In this document: piece by piece, positions 1 through 15,700 of the stretch | How the letters are laid out: each line of letters starts with the position of its first letter | How positions within the stretch are numbered: the first letter of the stretch is position 1 | Assembly (NCBI RefSeq): GCF_009914755.1 | Contig: NC_060940.1 | Direction: 5' to 3' (one strand) | Length of the DNA: 64,000 nt | Source of the DNA: the human T2T-CHM13v2.0 reference genome, Homo sapiens | Made by a program: the position numbers and the translations under genes | The notes under the pieces: generated by a model | The model's input: the letters and a program-made list of their open reading frames with translations, nothing else | Databases searched by the model: none | What the model was told of the DNA's origin: nothing

Positions 1-3000
1 TCATTGAATGGAATTGAATGGAATCGTCATCGAATGGAATGTAGTGGAATCATCATCGAATGGAATTGAATGGAACAATCAAAGACTGGAATTCAATGGA
101 ATCATTGAATGGAATCGAATGGAATCAACAAATGGAATCGAACAGAATAGTCATCAAATGGAATCAAAAGGAATCATCACATGGAAACAAATGAAATCAT
201 CATCGAATGGAATCGAAGGGAATCACTAATGGAAATGAATGGAATCACCACTGAATGGAATCGAATGGAATCATCATCGAATGAAATCGAATGGAATCAT
301 CAAATGGACATGAGTGGTAACATCATGGAATGGAATTGAGTGGAATGATCATCGAGTGGACTCGAGTGGAATCATCATCGAACCGAACCGAATGGAATCA
401 TCGAATAGACTCGACCGGAATCATCATCAAATGGAATCGAATGGAATAATTCAATGGACTTGAATGGAAACATCATTGAATGGAATCGAATGGAATCATT
501 GAATGAAATCAAATGGAATCATCATCAAATGCAATCTAATGGAGTCATCGAAAGGAATTGAATGAAATCATTGTATGGAATTGAATGAAATCATCATTGA
601 ATGGAATCAAATGGAATCATCGACTGGAATTGAATGGAATCACCATTGAATGGAATCGAATGGAATAATCATTGAATGTAATTTAGAGGAATCATCAAAT
701 GGACTCGAATGGAAACATCGTAGAACGGAATCAAATGAAATCATCAAATGGACTCTAATGGAATCACCACCAAATGGAATAGAATGGAATCATTGAATGT
801 ACTAGAATGGAATCATCATCAAATGGAACCAAATGAAATCATGAACAAATGTAATCAAATGGAATCATCATCGAATGGAATCAAATGGTAACAACGAATG
901 GAAACGAATGGAATCATCATCGAATGTCATCGAATGGAATCATCAAATGGACTCGAATGGAATCATCGAATGCACTTTAATGGAATCATCCTCGAATGGA
1001 ATCGAATATTATCATCTTCAAAAGGAATCAAATGGAATTGTGGTTGAGAGGACCCAAATTTAATTAGCATCAAATGGAATGGAATGAAATCATTTAAAGG
1101 ACTTGAATGGAATCATCATCGAATGGAATTGAATGGAATCATCTAACGGACGAGAATGGAATCATCCTCGAATGGAATCAAATGGAATCGAATAGAATCA
1201 TCATCAAATGCAATCGCATGGAATCATCATCGAAGGCATTCAAATGGAATCATCATTGAATGGAATCGAATTGAACCATCAGTGACTGAAATCGAATAAA
1301 ATAATTCAATGGAATTGAATGGAATCAATGAATGGAAACAAATGGACTCATCTTCGAATGGAATCGAATATAATCATGTTATGGAAATGAATGAAATCAT
1401 CGAATGGAATAGAATGAAATCGTCAAATGGAATTTTATGGAATCACCATTGAATGGAATCAAATGGAATCATCATCAAATGGAATTGAATGGAATCATCG
1501 AATGGGCTCGAATTCAATCATCATTGAATAGAATCCCATGGAATCATTGAAAACTGTCGAATGGAATCATCATCGAATGGAATAGAATGGAATCATTGAA
1601 TGGACACGAATGGAATCATCATTGAATGGAATCGAAAGGAATCATTGAATGGACACATTGGAATCATCATCGAATGGAACTGAGTGGAATCATCTTGGAA
1701 TGGAATCAAATGGAATCATCATCGAATTGAATTGAAAGGAATCCTCATTGAATGGAATTGATTGCAATCATCATTGAATGGAATCCTCTTCACCTGGAAT
1801 TATATTGAATCATCATCAAATTGAATCGAATGGAATCATCATCGAATGGAATTGAAGGCAGTAGTCATTGAATGGCATTGAATGGCATCATCATTGAGTG
1901 GAATCTAATGGAATCATCCAATGGAATTCAATGGCATCATCAACGAGTGGAATCCAAGAGAATCATCAAATGAAATTGAAAGGAATCATCATCAAATGGA
2001 TTCGAATGTAATCATCACTGAATGGAATTGAATGGAACCATCAACGACTGGAATTGAATAGAATCATTGAATGGAATCGAATGGAATCATCAAATGGAAT
2101 TGAACGGAGTATTCATCAAATGAAATCAAAACGAATCATCGTATGGAAACAAATGAAATAATCATCAAATGGAATCGAAGGGAAACACGAATGGAAATGA
2201 GTGGAATCACCATTGAATGGAATGGAATGGAATCATCATCGAATGGAAAGAAATAGAAACATTGAATGGATACAAGTGTTATCATCATCGAATGGAATTG
2301 AGTGGAATCATCATCGAGTGGACTCGAGTGGAATCATCATCAAATAGAACTGAAAGGAATCATTGAATGGACTCGACTGGAGTAATCATAGAATGGAATC
2401 GAAGGGAATCATTGAATGGACCCAACGGAATCATCATCGAATGGATTGTAAGGGAATCATCATTGAATATAATCAAATGGAATCATTGTCAAATGCAATC
2501 GAATGGAATCATCATCAAATGGAATCATATGGAATCGTCGTATGGAGTCGAATGAAATCATCATTGAATGGAATCGAATGGAATCATTGAATGGAATTCA
2601 ATGGAATCACTGTTGAATGGAATCGAATGGAATCATCATTGAATGGAATTGAATGGAATTATCGAAAGGACTCAAATGGAATCATGTTCGAATGGAATTG
2701 AGTGGAATCAACGAACAGACTTGAATGGAAACATCGAATGCAATCAAATGGAATCATGGAATGGACTCGAATGGAATCATCATCGAATGGAATCAAATGG
2801 AATCATCGAATTGACTCGAATGGAATCAACATCGAATGGAATCGAATGCAATCATCATATGGACTCGAATGGAATCATCATTGAATGGACTCTAATGGAA
2901 TCATCATCGAATGGACACGAATGGAATTATCATTGAATGGAATCAAACGGAATCATCATCAAATTCAATCGAATGGAATCATCATCGCATGGAAACAAAG

Positions 3001-6000
3001 TGAATAATCAACGAATGGAAACAAAATGACTCATCATCGAAAGGAATCAAATGGAATAATCATTGAATGGAATGGAATGGAATCATCCAGTGGAATCTAA
3101 TGAAATCAACATCAAAAGAAATAAAAAATATCATCAAAAGTTATTGAATAGAATCATCATCGAATATAATGCTCATCGAATGGAAACTAATAGAATCATC
3201 ATCAAATGGAATCGAATTGAATCATCATGGAATGGGATCTAAAGCAATTTACACTAATGGAATCATCATCGAATGGAATCATCATTGAATGTACACTAAT
3301 GGAATCATCATTGAATGGAATCGATAGGAATGTTCGAATGATCTCGAATGGAATCAACATTGAATAGAATCGAAAGGAGTAATTGAATAGAAACATCATC
3401 GAATGGAATCGAATGGAATCATCAAAAGGAATTGAATATAATCCTCATCGAATAGAATCATCAAATGGAAAGGAATGAAATCATCATTGAATGTAATCGA
3501 ATGGAATCATGGAATGAAACAGAGTGGAATCATCATTGCATGGAATAGAATTGAACCATCGAATGAAATCGAAAGGAATCATCATCGAATGGAATCGAAT
3601 AGAGTCATCAAATGGAATCGAATGGAATCATCATCGAATGGTGTCGAATGAAATCATAGAATGGTTTTGAATGGAATCATCATCAAACGGAATCAAATGG
3701 AATCACCATCGAATGGAATCAAAAGCAAACATCAAATGGATTTGAATAGAATCATTGAATGGACACTAATGGAATGATCATTGAATGGAATTTGATCAAA
3801 TCAACACATGGAATCAAAGGGAATCATAATCAAAATGAATCATATGGAAGCATCTAATGGACTGGAATGAAACTCTCATCGAATAGATTCGAATGGAATC
3901 ATGGAATGAACTCGAATGGACTCATCATCGAATAGAATCGAATGGAATCATCCTCGAATGGACTCGAATGAAGCATTAAATAGACACGAATGGAATCATT
4001 GAATGGAATCTTACGCAACCATTATCAGTGGAATCAAATGGAATAATCACCAAATGGAATGGAATAGAATCATCTAATGAAATCAAATGGAATTATCATC
4101 AAGTGGAATCGTATGGAATCATCATCGAATGGAATCATCATCAAATGGAATCAAATGAAATCACCCTCAAATGGAATCGAACGGAATCATCAAAGAATGA
4201 AATTGAATGGAATCATCGAATGGAATGGAATGGAGTCTTCATCCAATGGAACCGAATGGAATCATCATTAAATGAAAACTAATGGAATCATCATTAAATG
4301 AAAACTGATGGAATCATCATCGAATGGAATCGCATGGAATCATCATTGAATGGAATCACTTGGAATCATCATCGAATAGAATCGAATGGAATCATCGTCT
4401 AATGGACTCGACTGGAATCATCAAATGTACACGAATGGAATCATTGAATGAACTGTCATTCAATCATCATCAATGGAATCGAATGGAAAAATCATCAAAT
4501 GGACAGGAAAGGAATCTTCATCGAAGGGTATCAAATGGAATCATCAACAAATGGAAACGAATAGAATCATCAAATGAAATCGAACAGAATTATCATCGAA
4601 GGGAATTGAATGGAATCATCATCAAATGGAATCAAATGAAATCATCATCAAATGGAATCAAAAGGAATCATCAACGAATTGAATCGAATGCAATCATCAA
4701 ATGGAAACTAATGGAATCATAATCCAATGGAACTGAAAGGAATCATCATCAAATGAAAACTAATGGAATCACCATCGAATGGAATTGCATGGAATCATCA
4801 TCGAATGGACTCAAATGGAATCATCATCGAATGGAATCCAATGGAATAATCAACGATTGGAATCAAATGGAATCATCAAATGGAATCAAATGGAATGACC
4901 ATCTTATGGAATCGAAGGGAAACATCGAATGGAATCGAATGGAATCATTGAATGGAATCGAAATGAATCATAGAATGGACTCAAATGGAATCATCATCGA
5001 ATGGAATCAGATGGAGTCATCGAATGGACTCGAATAGAAACATCATTGAATGAAATCGAATGGAATCATCGAAAGGAACTGAATGGAATCCTCATTGAAT
5101 GGTATCATCGAATGGAATGGAAAGGAATCATCATCGAATGGAAACGAATGGAGTCATAGAATGGTATTGAATGGAATCATAATCAAATAGAATAGAATGG
5201 AACCATCATCGAATGGAATAGAAAGCAAACATCGAATGCATTCGAACAGAATAATCGAAATGACATGAATGGAAGCATCATCCAATGGAATTGAATGGAA
5301 TCAATAAATGGAATTGAAAGGAATCTTTATCTGGGGAATCGAATCGAATCATCTATTGGACAGGAATGGATTCCTCATCGAATGGAAGTGAATGGAATCA
5401 TTGTTGAACGGACTTGAATGGAATCATCAAATGGACTTGAATGGAATCATCGAATGGACTAGAATGCAAACATCATCAATGGAATCGAATGAAATAAAAC
5501 TCAAACGGATTCCAAAGGAATCATCACCGAATGGAATCGAATGGAATCATCGAATGGAATGGAATGGAATCATCATAGAAAGTAATCGAACAGAATCATC
5601 GAATGGAATCGAATTGAAACATCAAATTGAATAGAATGTAATCATCACCAAATGGAATCGAATGGAAACATCAACTAATTGAGTCAAATGGAATCATCAT
5701 GGAATTGAATCGAATTGCTCACCGTCGAATGGAATTGAATGGAATCGCCAAATGGAATCAAGTGGAATCATCATCGAAGGAAATTGAATGGAGTCATGAT
5801 CGAATGGAATAAAATGGAGTCATCCAATGGAAGAGAATTGAATCATCATCGAATGGAATCAAATAGAATCATCGAATGAAATCGAATGGAATCATCAACG
5901 AATAGAATCGAATGGAATCAACATCAAATGGAATCGAATGGAATCATCATCAAATGGAATCGAATGGAATCATCATAGAATGGAATCAAATGGAATCATC

Positions 6001-6550
6001 CAATATATTAGAATTGAATCACCATTGAATGGAATCAAATAAAATCATCGAATGAAATCAAATGGAATCATCATCCAATGGAATCGAATCATCAACCAAT
6101 GGAATCAAATGGAATCATAGAATGGAATCCAATGTAATCATCATCGAATTCAACCCAATGGAATCATTAAATGGACTCGAATGGAATCATCGAATGGACT
6201 CGAATGGAATCATCATCGAATGAAATCAAATGGAATCATCTAACGGACTCGAATGGAATTGAATGGAATCATCGAATGGACTCGAATGGAATCATCATCG
6301 AATGGAATTGAAAGGAATCATCAAATGGACTCGAATGGAATCTTTGAATGGACTCGAATGGAATCATCATTGAATGAAATCGAATGGAATCACCAAATGG
6401 ACACGAACGGAATCATCATCTAATAGCATCGAATGCAATCATCGAATGGACTTGAATGGAATATCATCGAATGGAATTAAAAGCAATCAACGAATGGACT
6501 CCAATGGAATTATCGAATGGACTCAAATGGAATCACTATCGAATGGAATC

Positions 6551-6752
6551 AAAAGGAATGATAAAATGGTCTCGAATGGAATCATCGATTGGACTCAAAT
6601 GGAATTATCAAATATCCTCGAATGGAATCATTGAATGGACTCGAAAGGAATAAAAGGAATGATAAAATGGTCTCGAATGGAATCATCGATTGGACTCAAA
6701 TGGAATTATCAAATATCCTCGAATGGAATCATTGAATGGACTCGAAAGGAAT
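6551..6752 (+). repeat. Perfect 101-bp tandem duplication within HSat2
   Basis: aaaaggaatgataaaatggtctcg...aaatatcctcg...gactcgaaaggaat occurs at 6551-6651 and again at 6652-6752. Confidence 0.9.
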
Positions 6753-9700
6753 CATTATCGAATGGTATCAAAAAAATCATCAAATGGAATCGAATGGAAT
6801 TCTCGAATGCTATTGATCGGAATCATCATTGAATGGAATCAAATGGAATCATCAAATAGAAACGAATGCTGTCATCATCGAATGGAATCGAGTGGAATCA
6901 TCATCAAATAGAAATGAATGGAATCATTGAATAGAAGTGAATGGAATAATCGTCGAATGTAATCCAATGGAATCATCGAATGGAATCAAATGGAATCATC
7001 GATTGAAATTGAATGGAATCAGCATCGAACAAAATCGAATGGAATCATCATAGAATAGAATCGAATGGAATCATAGAATGAAATCATCATCAAATAGAGT
7101 CCAATGGAATCATCAAATGGACTCGAATGGAATCATCATAGAATGGAATTGAATGGAATCATCAAATAGAATTGAAAGGAATCATCATCAAATGGAACCG
7201 AATTGTATCATCTAATGCACTCTAATGGAATCATCATTGAATGTTATCGAATGGTACCATTGAATGGAATCGAATGGAATAATCTTCAACTGGCATCAAA
7301 AGGAATCACCGAATGGACAAGAATGGAATAATCATCGAAAGGAATCAAATGGAATCATGGAATGGAATCGAATGGAATCATCACTGAATGGACTAAAATG
7401 GAATCATCATCGTACAGAATCGAATGGAATGATCGAATGGAATTGAATGGAATCATCATCGAATGGAATCAAATGCAATCATCATTGAATGGAATCAAAT
7501 GGAATCATCATCGAATGGAATCAAATGGAATCATCATCAAATGGAATCAAAATGAATTAACGTCAAATGGAATGGAATGGAATCATTATCGAATGGAACC
7601 CAAAATAATCATCATTGAATGGAACCGAATGGAATCATCATCAAATGGAACCAAAAGGGCTCATTATCAAATGGAATTCCAAGGAATCATCATCGAATGA
7701 AATAGAATGGAATCATCATCAAATGGAATCTAATGGAATCATTGAATGGAATTGAATGGAGTCACCAATGAATGGAATCGAATGGAATCCTCATCGAATG
7801 GTTTCATATGGATTCATCAAATGGACTCGAATGGAATCATCATCGAATGGAAACGTGTGGAATCATTGAATGAACACGAAAAGAATCATAATCGAATGGA
7901 ATCAAAATGAATCATCATCGAATGGAATCACATGGAATCATCATGGAATAGAATCATACAGAATCATCATCAGATGGAATTGAATGGAATCATCAAATGG
8001 ACTTGAATGGAATCATCAAAAGGAATCGAATGGAAGCATCGAATGTACTAGAATGGAATCATCATCGAATGGAATCACATGGAATCATCGAAAGGGCTCT
8101 AATCGAATCATAAAATTGACTCGAACGGAATCATTATAGAATGGAATCGAATAGAGTAGTCGGATGAACTTGAATGGAATCATCATTGAGTGGAATCGAT
8201 AGGAATAATCGAATGCACTCGAATGGAATCATCATTGACTGGAATTGAATGGGATCATCGAATGGACTCGAGTGGAATCATCATCAAATGGAATCCTTTG
8301 GAACCATCAAATGGAATGGAATGGAATTATCGGATGGAATCAAATGGTATCATCTTTGAATGGATTCGAATGGAATCATCGAAAGCAATCGAATGCAATC
8401 ATCGTATAGACTCATTGAAAGGAATCGACTGGAATCACCAGTGAATGGACTCGAATGGAATCATCATCGAATGGAATCGAAAGGAATCATTGAATGGGAT
8501 TGAATATAATCATCATAAAATGTAATCAAAAGGAATAATCAAATGGAATCGAATGGAATCATCATTGAATGGAATCGAATATAACCATCGAATGGAATCG
8601 AATGGAATCATAGAACTGTATCGAATGGAATCATCATCTAATGGAATCAAATGGAATCATCATCGAATGGAATCAAAAGCAATTATTGAATAGATTCATA
8701 TAGAATCATTGAATTGACTTGAATGGAATCATCATTGAATGGAGTACAATGGAATCATCGAATGGACACGAATGGAATCATCATCAAATTGAATTGAATG
8801 GAATCATCGAAAGGACTCAAATGGAATCATCATCGAATGGAATATAATGCAATCATCATCGAATGGAATCAAATGGAATCATCTAATGGACCCGAATGGA
8901 ATCATCACTGAATGGAATAAAATGGAATCATAATCAAATGAAATCTAATGGAATCATCTAATGGACCCAAATGGAATCACCATTGGATTGAATAAAATGG
9001 AATCATCATCGAATGGAATCCAATGGAATCATCTAATGGACAGGAATAGCATCATCATTGAATGGAATCGAATGGAATCATGTAATGTACTCGAATGGAA
9101 TCACATCTAATGGAATAGAATGGAATCATCAAGTAGAATCGAAAGGAGTCGTCGCATGTAATAGAGTGGAATTATCGAATGGATTTGAAAGTAATCATCA
9201 GAAAACGGAATTGAAAGGAATCATCGAATGGACTCGAACGGAATCAACATCAAATGGAATATAATGGAATCATCATCAAATGGAATCAAATGGAATCATC
9301 TAACGGACCCGAATGAAATCATCACTGAATGGAAAAAAATGGTTTCAACATTGAATGCAATCAAATGGTATCATCTAATGCACACGAATGGAATCATCAT
9401 TGGATTGAATAGAATGTAATCATCATCAAATGGAATCGAAAGGAATCATCTAAAGGACACGAATAGCATCACCATTGAATGGAATTGAATGGAATCATCT
9501 ACTGTACTCGAATGGAATCATCATCTTATGGAATAGAATTGAATTATCGAATGGAATCAAATGGAGTCATCACCATATAGAATCGAGTGGAATCTTCTAA
9601 TGGACTCCAAAGTAATCATCAGGGAATGGAATCAAATGGAATAATCCTCTAATGGACTCGAATGGAATCATCAATGAGTGTAATCGAATGCAATCATCAA

Positions 9701-12700
9701 ATGCACCTGAATGGAATCATCATCAAATGGAATCGAATGGAATCATTGAATGGACTCGAATGAAATCATCATCGAGTATAATTGAAAGCAATCTTCAAAT
9801 GGATTCAAATGGAATCATCAAATGGCTCAAATGGAATCAGCATCGAATGGAATCACATGGAATCATTGAATGGACTTGAATGGAATCGTCATCGAATGGA
9901 ATCAAATGTAATCATCGAATGGACTCGAATGGAATCATCATCGAATGGAATCAAATGGAATCACTGAATGGAGTTGAGTGGAATTGTCATCGAATGGAAT
10001 CGAATGTAATCATCGAATGGACTCGAATGGAATCATCATCGAATGGAATCAAATGGAATCACTGAATGGACTCGAATGGAATCATCATCAAATGGAATCA
10101 AAGGGAATCATTGAATGCACCCAAATGGAATCATCATTGAATGCAATAGAATGGAATCATCATCGAATGGAATCAAATGGAATCATTGAATGTACTTGAA
10201 TGGAATGACCATCGAATGGAATCATATGGAATCATTTAACTGACTCGAATGGAGTCATCATAGAATGGAATTGAATGGATTCATCGAATGGACTCGAATG
10301 GAGTCATCATCAATTGGAATTGAATGGAATCATCAAATGGACTCGAGTGGAATCAGCGTCAAATGAAATCGAATGAAATCATCGAATGGACTCTAATGGA
10401 ATCATCATCGAATGGAATCATCAATTGGACACGAATGGAATCATCAAATGGACTCTAACGGAACCATCATCGAATGGAATCAAATGAAATCATCTTCCGA
10501 TGGAATTGAATGGAATCATCAATGAATGAAATCAAATGGAATCATCGAATGGAATGAGATGGAATCATAATCGAATGGAACCAAAAGAAGCATCGTATGA
10601 AATCCAAAGTAATCATCAATGAACGGACTCAAATGGAATCATCAACGAATGGACTCGAATGGAATCAACATCTAATGCAATTGAATGGAATCATCATCTA
10701 ATGGAATCGAAAGGAAACATCATTGAATTGAATCAAATGGAATCATGATGGAATTGAATTGAATGGCTCATCATCGAATGGAATCGAATGGAATCATTGA
10801 ATGGAATCAAATGGAATCATCATCAAATGCCATCGAATGGAATCATCGAATGGAATCGAATGGAAATATCATCAAAAGGAATTGAATGGAACCATCGAAT
10901 GAAATCGAATGGAATCACCATCGAATGGAGTCGAATGGAATCATCATCGAATGGAATCTATTGGATTCATCAATTAAGAGAATTGAATGGTATCATCATC
11001 GAATGTTATCAAATGGAATCATCAACGAGTGGAATCGAATGGATTCATCGAATGGAATCCCATGGAATTATCAGCAAATGGAACCGAATGGAATCATGGA
11101 ATGGACTTGAATGGAATCACCTTCGAATGGACTTGAATGGAATCATCATCGAATTGAATCAATTGGTTTCACTGAGTGAACGCAAGTGGAATCATCGAAT
11201 GGACTCGAATGGAAACATCACCGAATGGAGTCAAATGGAATCATCGAATGGCATCGAATAGCATCATCAATGAATGGAATCTAAGGGAATAATTGAAAGG
11301 ACTCAAATGGAATCATCGAATGGACTCGAGTGGAATCACCATCATATGGAATCTTCGAATGGACTCAAATGGAATCTTCATTGAATGGAATCGAATGGAA
11401 TCATCAAATGTACTCAAATGGAATCATTGTCAAATGGAATCTAATGGAATCTTCGAATGGACTTGAATGGAATCATCATTGAATGGGATCGAATGGAAAT
11501 ATCAAATGGTATCGAATGGAATCATCATCGAATGGAATAGAATGGAATCATCCAATGGACATGAATGGAATCATCATCGAATGGTATCGAATGGAATCTA
11601 CGAATGGACTTGCTTGAAATCTTCATCGAATGCAATTGAATGGAATCATCACCAAATGGAATCGAATGGAACCATGATCGAATGGAATCGAAAGGACTCA
11701 TCCAATGGAATATAATTGTATCATCATCGAATGGAATCAAATAGAATCATCGAATGAAATCAAATAAAATCATCATCGAGTGGAATTCAATGGGATAATC
11801 ATAGTTTGGAGTCGAATGGAATCATCATCGCATGGAATAAAAAGGAATCATCCAATGGAATATAATTCAATCATCATCGAATGGAATCGAATAGAATCAT
11901 CGAATGAAATTGAATGGAATAATAATCCAATGGAATCAAATGGAATCATCATAGAATGGAATCGAATGGAATCATCATCGAATGGAATCAAATGGAATCA
12001 TCCGATGTAATAGAAGTGAATCATCATCGAATAGAATCATCAAATTAAATCGAATGGAATCATCATCGAATGGACTCGAATGGATTCATCTAATGCACTC
12101 GAATGGAATAATCACCGAATGGACTCGAATGGAATCATCAAATGGAATTGAATGGAATCATCATCGAATGAAGTCAAATGGAATCATCGTATTGACTCGA
12201 ATGGAATCATCATTGTGTGGAATCGAAAGGAATCATTGAATGGACTCGAATGGAATCATCAATGAATGTAATTGAAAGGAATCATCAAATGGACTTGAAT
12301 GGAATCATCGAATGGACATGAATGGAATCATCATCGAATGGAAACAAATGGAATCATCATTGAATGGAATCAAATGGAATCGTTATCGAATGGAATCGAA
12401 TGGAATCATCATCCAATGGAATCTAATGGAATCATCATCTAATGGAATCGAATGGAATCATCATTGAATGGAATCGAATGGAGAAATCGAATGGAATCTG
12501 CTGGAATCATCATCGAATGGAAACGAATGCAGTCATCATTGAATGGAATCGAATGGAATCATCATCGAAAGGAATCAAAAGGAATCATAGAATGGAATTG
12601 AACAGAATTATCGAATGGAATCGAATGGAATCATTACCGAATGGACACGAATGCAATTATCATCGAATGGAATTGAATGGAATCATCGAATGGACTCGAA

Positions 12701-15700
12701 TGGAATAATTGAATGAACTCGAAAGGAATAATCGAATGGACTCAAATGGAATCATTGAATGGAATCGAATGGAATGATCGAATGAACTCGAATGGAATCA
12801 CCATCAAATGGAATCGGATGGAATCATCGAGTGGACTCTAATGGAATCATCAAATGGACTCAAATGGAATTATCAAATGGTCTCACATGGAATCATCAAA
12901 TGGACCCTAATGCAATCATCATTGAATGAATCTAATGGAATCATCAAATGGACTCGAATGGAATCATTGAATTGACTCGAATAGAAACATCAAATGGAAT
13001 TGAATGGAATCGTCTTTCAGTGGAATCAAATTGAATCCTCCAATAGAATCAAATGGAATTATGAAATGGAATTGAACGGAACCATCATTGAATGGAATCG
13101 AATGGAATCATCTAATGGAATCAAAGGCAATCATCGAATGGAATCAAATGGAATCATCGAATGGAATCCAATGGAATCTTCGTCAAGTGTAATTGAGTGG
13201 AATCATCGAATGGAATCGAATGGAAACATGGTCGAATGGAATGGAATGGAATCAATGAATGGAATTGAATGGAATCACCAATGAATGGAATTGAATGGAA
13301 TCATCATCGAATGGACTCAAATGGAATTATAGAATGGACTCGAATGGAATCATCGAATGGACCTGAATGGATTCATAATCGAATGGACTCAAATGGAATG
13401 ATCGAATGGACTCGAATGGAATCATTGGTTGGACTGAAATGGAATTATCAAATTGGCTCGAATGCAAACATAGAATGGACTCGAATGGAATCATTATCGA
13501 ATGGAATCAAATGGAATCATTGAATGGAATCGAATGGAATCATCGAATGGAATTGATTGGAATCATCATCAAATGGAATCATTATCAAATTAAATCTAAT
13601 GGAATCATTGAATGGAATCGAATGGAGTCATCGAATGGAATTGATTCGTGTCATCATCGAATGGAATCAAACGGAATCATCAAGTGACTCAAATAGAACC
13701 ATTATCGAATGGAATCAAATGGAATCATCTAATGGAATCAAATGGAATCAAAGAATGGAATCGAATGGAATCATTGAATGGAATCGATCAGAATCATCAT
13801 TGAATGGAATCAAATGGAATCATCGAATGGAATTGAATGGAATCAGCATCGAATGAAATTGAATGGAATCATCATCAAATAGAAACGAATGGAATATTGG
13901 AATGGAATCATCATCAAATGGAGTCCAATGGAATCATCAAATGGACTCGAATGGAATCATCGTAGAATGGAATTGAATGGAATCATCGAATGGAATCGAA
14001 TGGTATCATCGAATGCACCCGATTGGAATCATCAACGAATGGTATTGAATGGTATCATCAAATGTAATCGAATGGAATCATCTTCAATTGGGATGAAAAG
14101 GAGTCACCGAATGGACACTAATGGAATAATAATTAGAAGGAATCGAATGGAATTATCGAATGGAATCAATGAATGGACTCGAATGGAATCATCGAATGGA
14201 CTCGAATGGAAAGATCATCGTATAGAATCGAATTGAATCATCATCGAATGTAATCAAATGGAATCATCATTGAATGGAATTGAAAAGAATCAACATCAAA
14301 TGGAGTCGAATGGAATCATCATCAAATGGAATCCAAAGGAATCATCTTCGAATGGAACCAAATGGAATCAATATCGAATGGAACCAAAAGGAGTTATCAT
14401 CGAATGGAATCGCATGGAATCATCATCGAATGGACTCGAATGGAATCATATTGAATGGAATTGAAAGGAATCATCAAATGGACTTCAATGGAATCATTCA
14501 AAGAACTGAATGGAATTGTCATCGAATGAAATCAAATGCAGTCATCGATTGGACATGAATGGAATCATCATCGAATGGAATCGAGTGGAATCATCCAATG
14601 GAATCTAACAGAATCATCATTGAATGGAATCGAAAGGAATAATCATCGAATGGAATCCAACGAAATCATCATCGAATGGAACCTAACGGAATCATCATCT
14701 AACGGACCCGAATGGAATCATCAATGAATGGAATCGAATAGAGAAATCGAACGGAATACATTGGAATCATCATCGAAAGGAACCGAATGCAGTCGTCATC
14801 GAACGGAATCAAACGGAATCATCATCGAGTGGAATCAAATGGAATCATCATCAAAAGGAATCTAAGGGAATCACTGAATGGAATCGAATAGAATAACCCA
14901 ATGTAATTGAAAGGTACCATCATCGAATGGACTTGAAGGAATTATCATCAAATGGTATCGAATGGGATCATCAAATGGACTCGAATGGAATAATCGAATG
15001 GACTCAAATGGAATCATCCAATGGAATCGAATGGAATCATCGAATGGAATCCAATGGTAACATCATCGAATGGAATCAAATGGAATCATCAAATGGCCTG
15101 GAATGGAATCATTGAATGGACTCGAATTGAATGATCATCAAATTGAATCGAGTGGAATCCTCAAATATAATCAAATGGAATCATCAAATGTAATCAAATT
15201 GAATCATCATCAAATGGAATCTTTGAATGTAATTGAAAGCAATCATCATCAAAAGGAATCAAATGGAATTATCATTGAATAGAATCAAATGGAATCATCG
15301 AAAAGAATCGAATGAAGTCACCATCAAGAGGAATCAAGTGTAATCATTAAATGGTATCGAATGGAATAATTGTCGAATGGAATGGAATGGAATCAATGAT
15401 TGGAATTGAATGGAATCACCAAAGAATGGAATGGAATGGAATCATCATCGAATGGAATCGAATGGAATCATTGGATGGACTCGAATAGAATCATCATCGA
15501 ATGGAATTGTGTGGAATCATCTAATGGGCAAGAATAGAATCATCATCGAATGAAATCGAATGGCATCATCATCGAGTGGATTCGAATGGAATCACCCAAT
15601 GGAATTGAATGACATCATCATCGAGTGCAATCCAATAGAATCATTGAATGAAACTGAATGGAATCATCATCGAATGGAATCGAGTGGAATCATCATTGAA

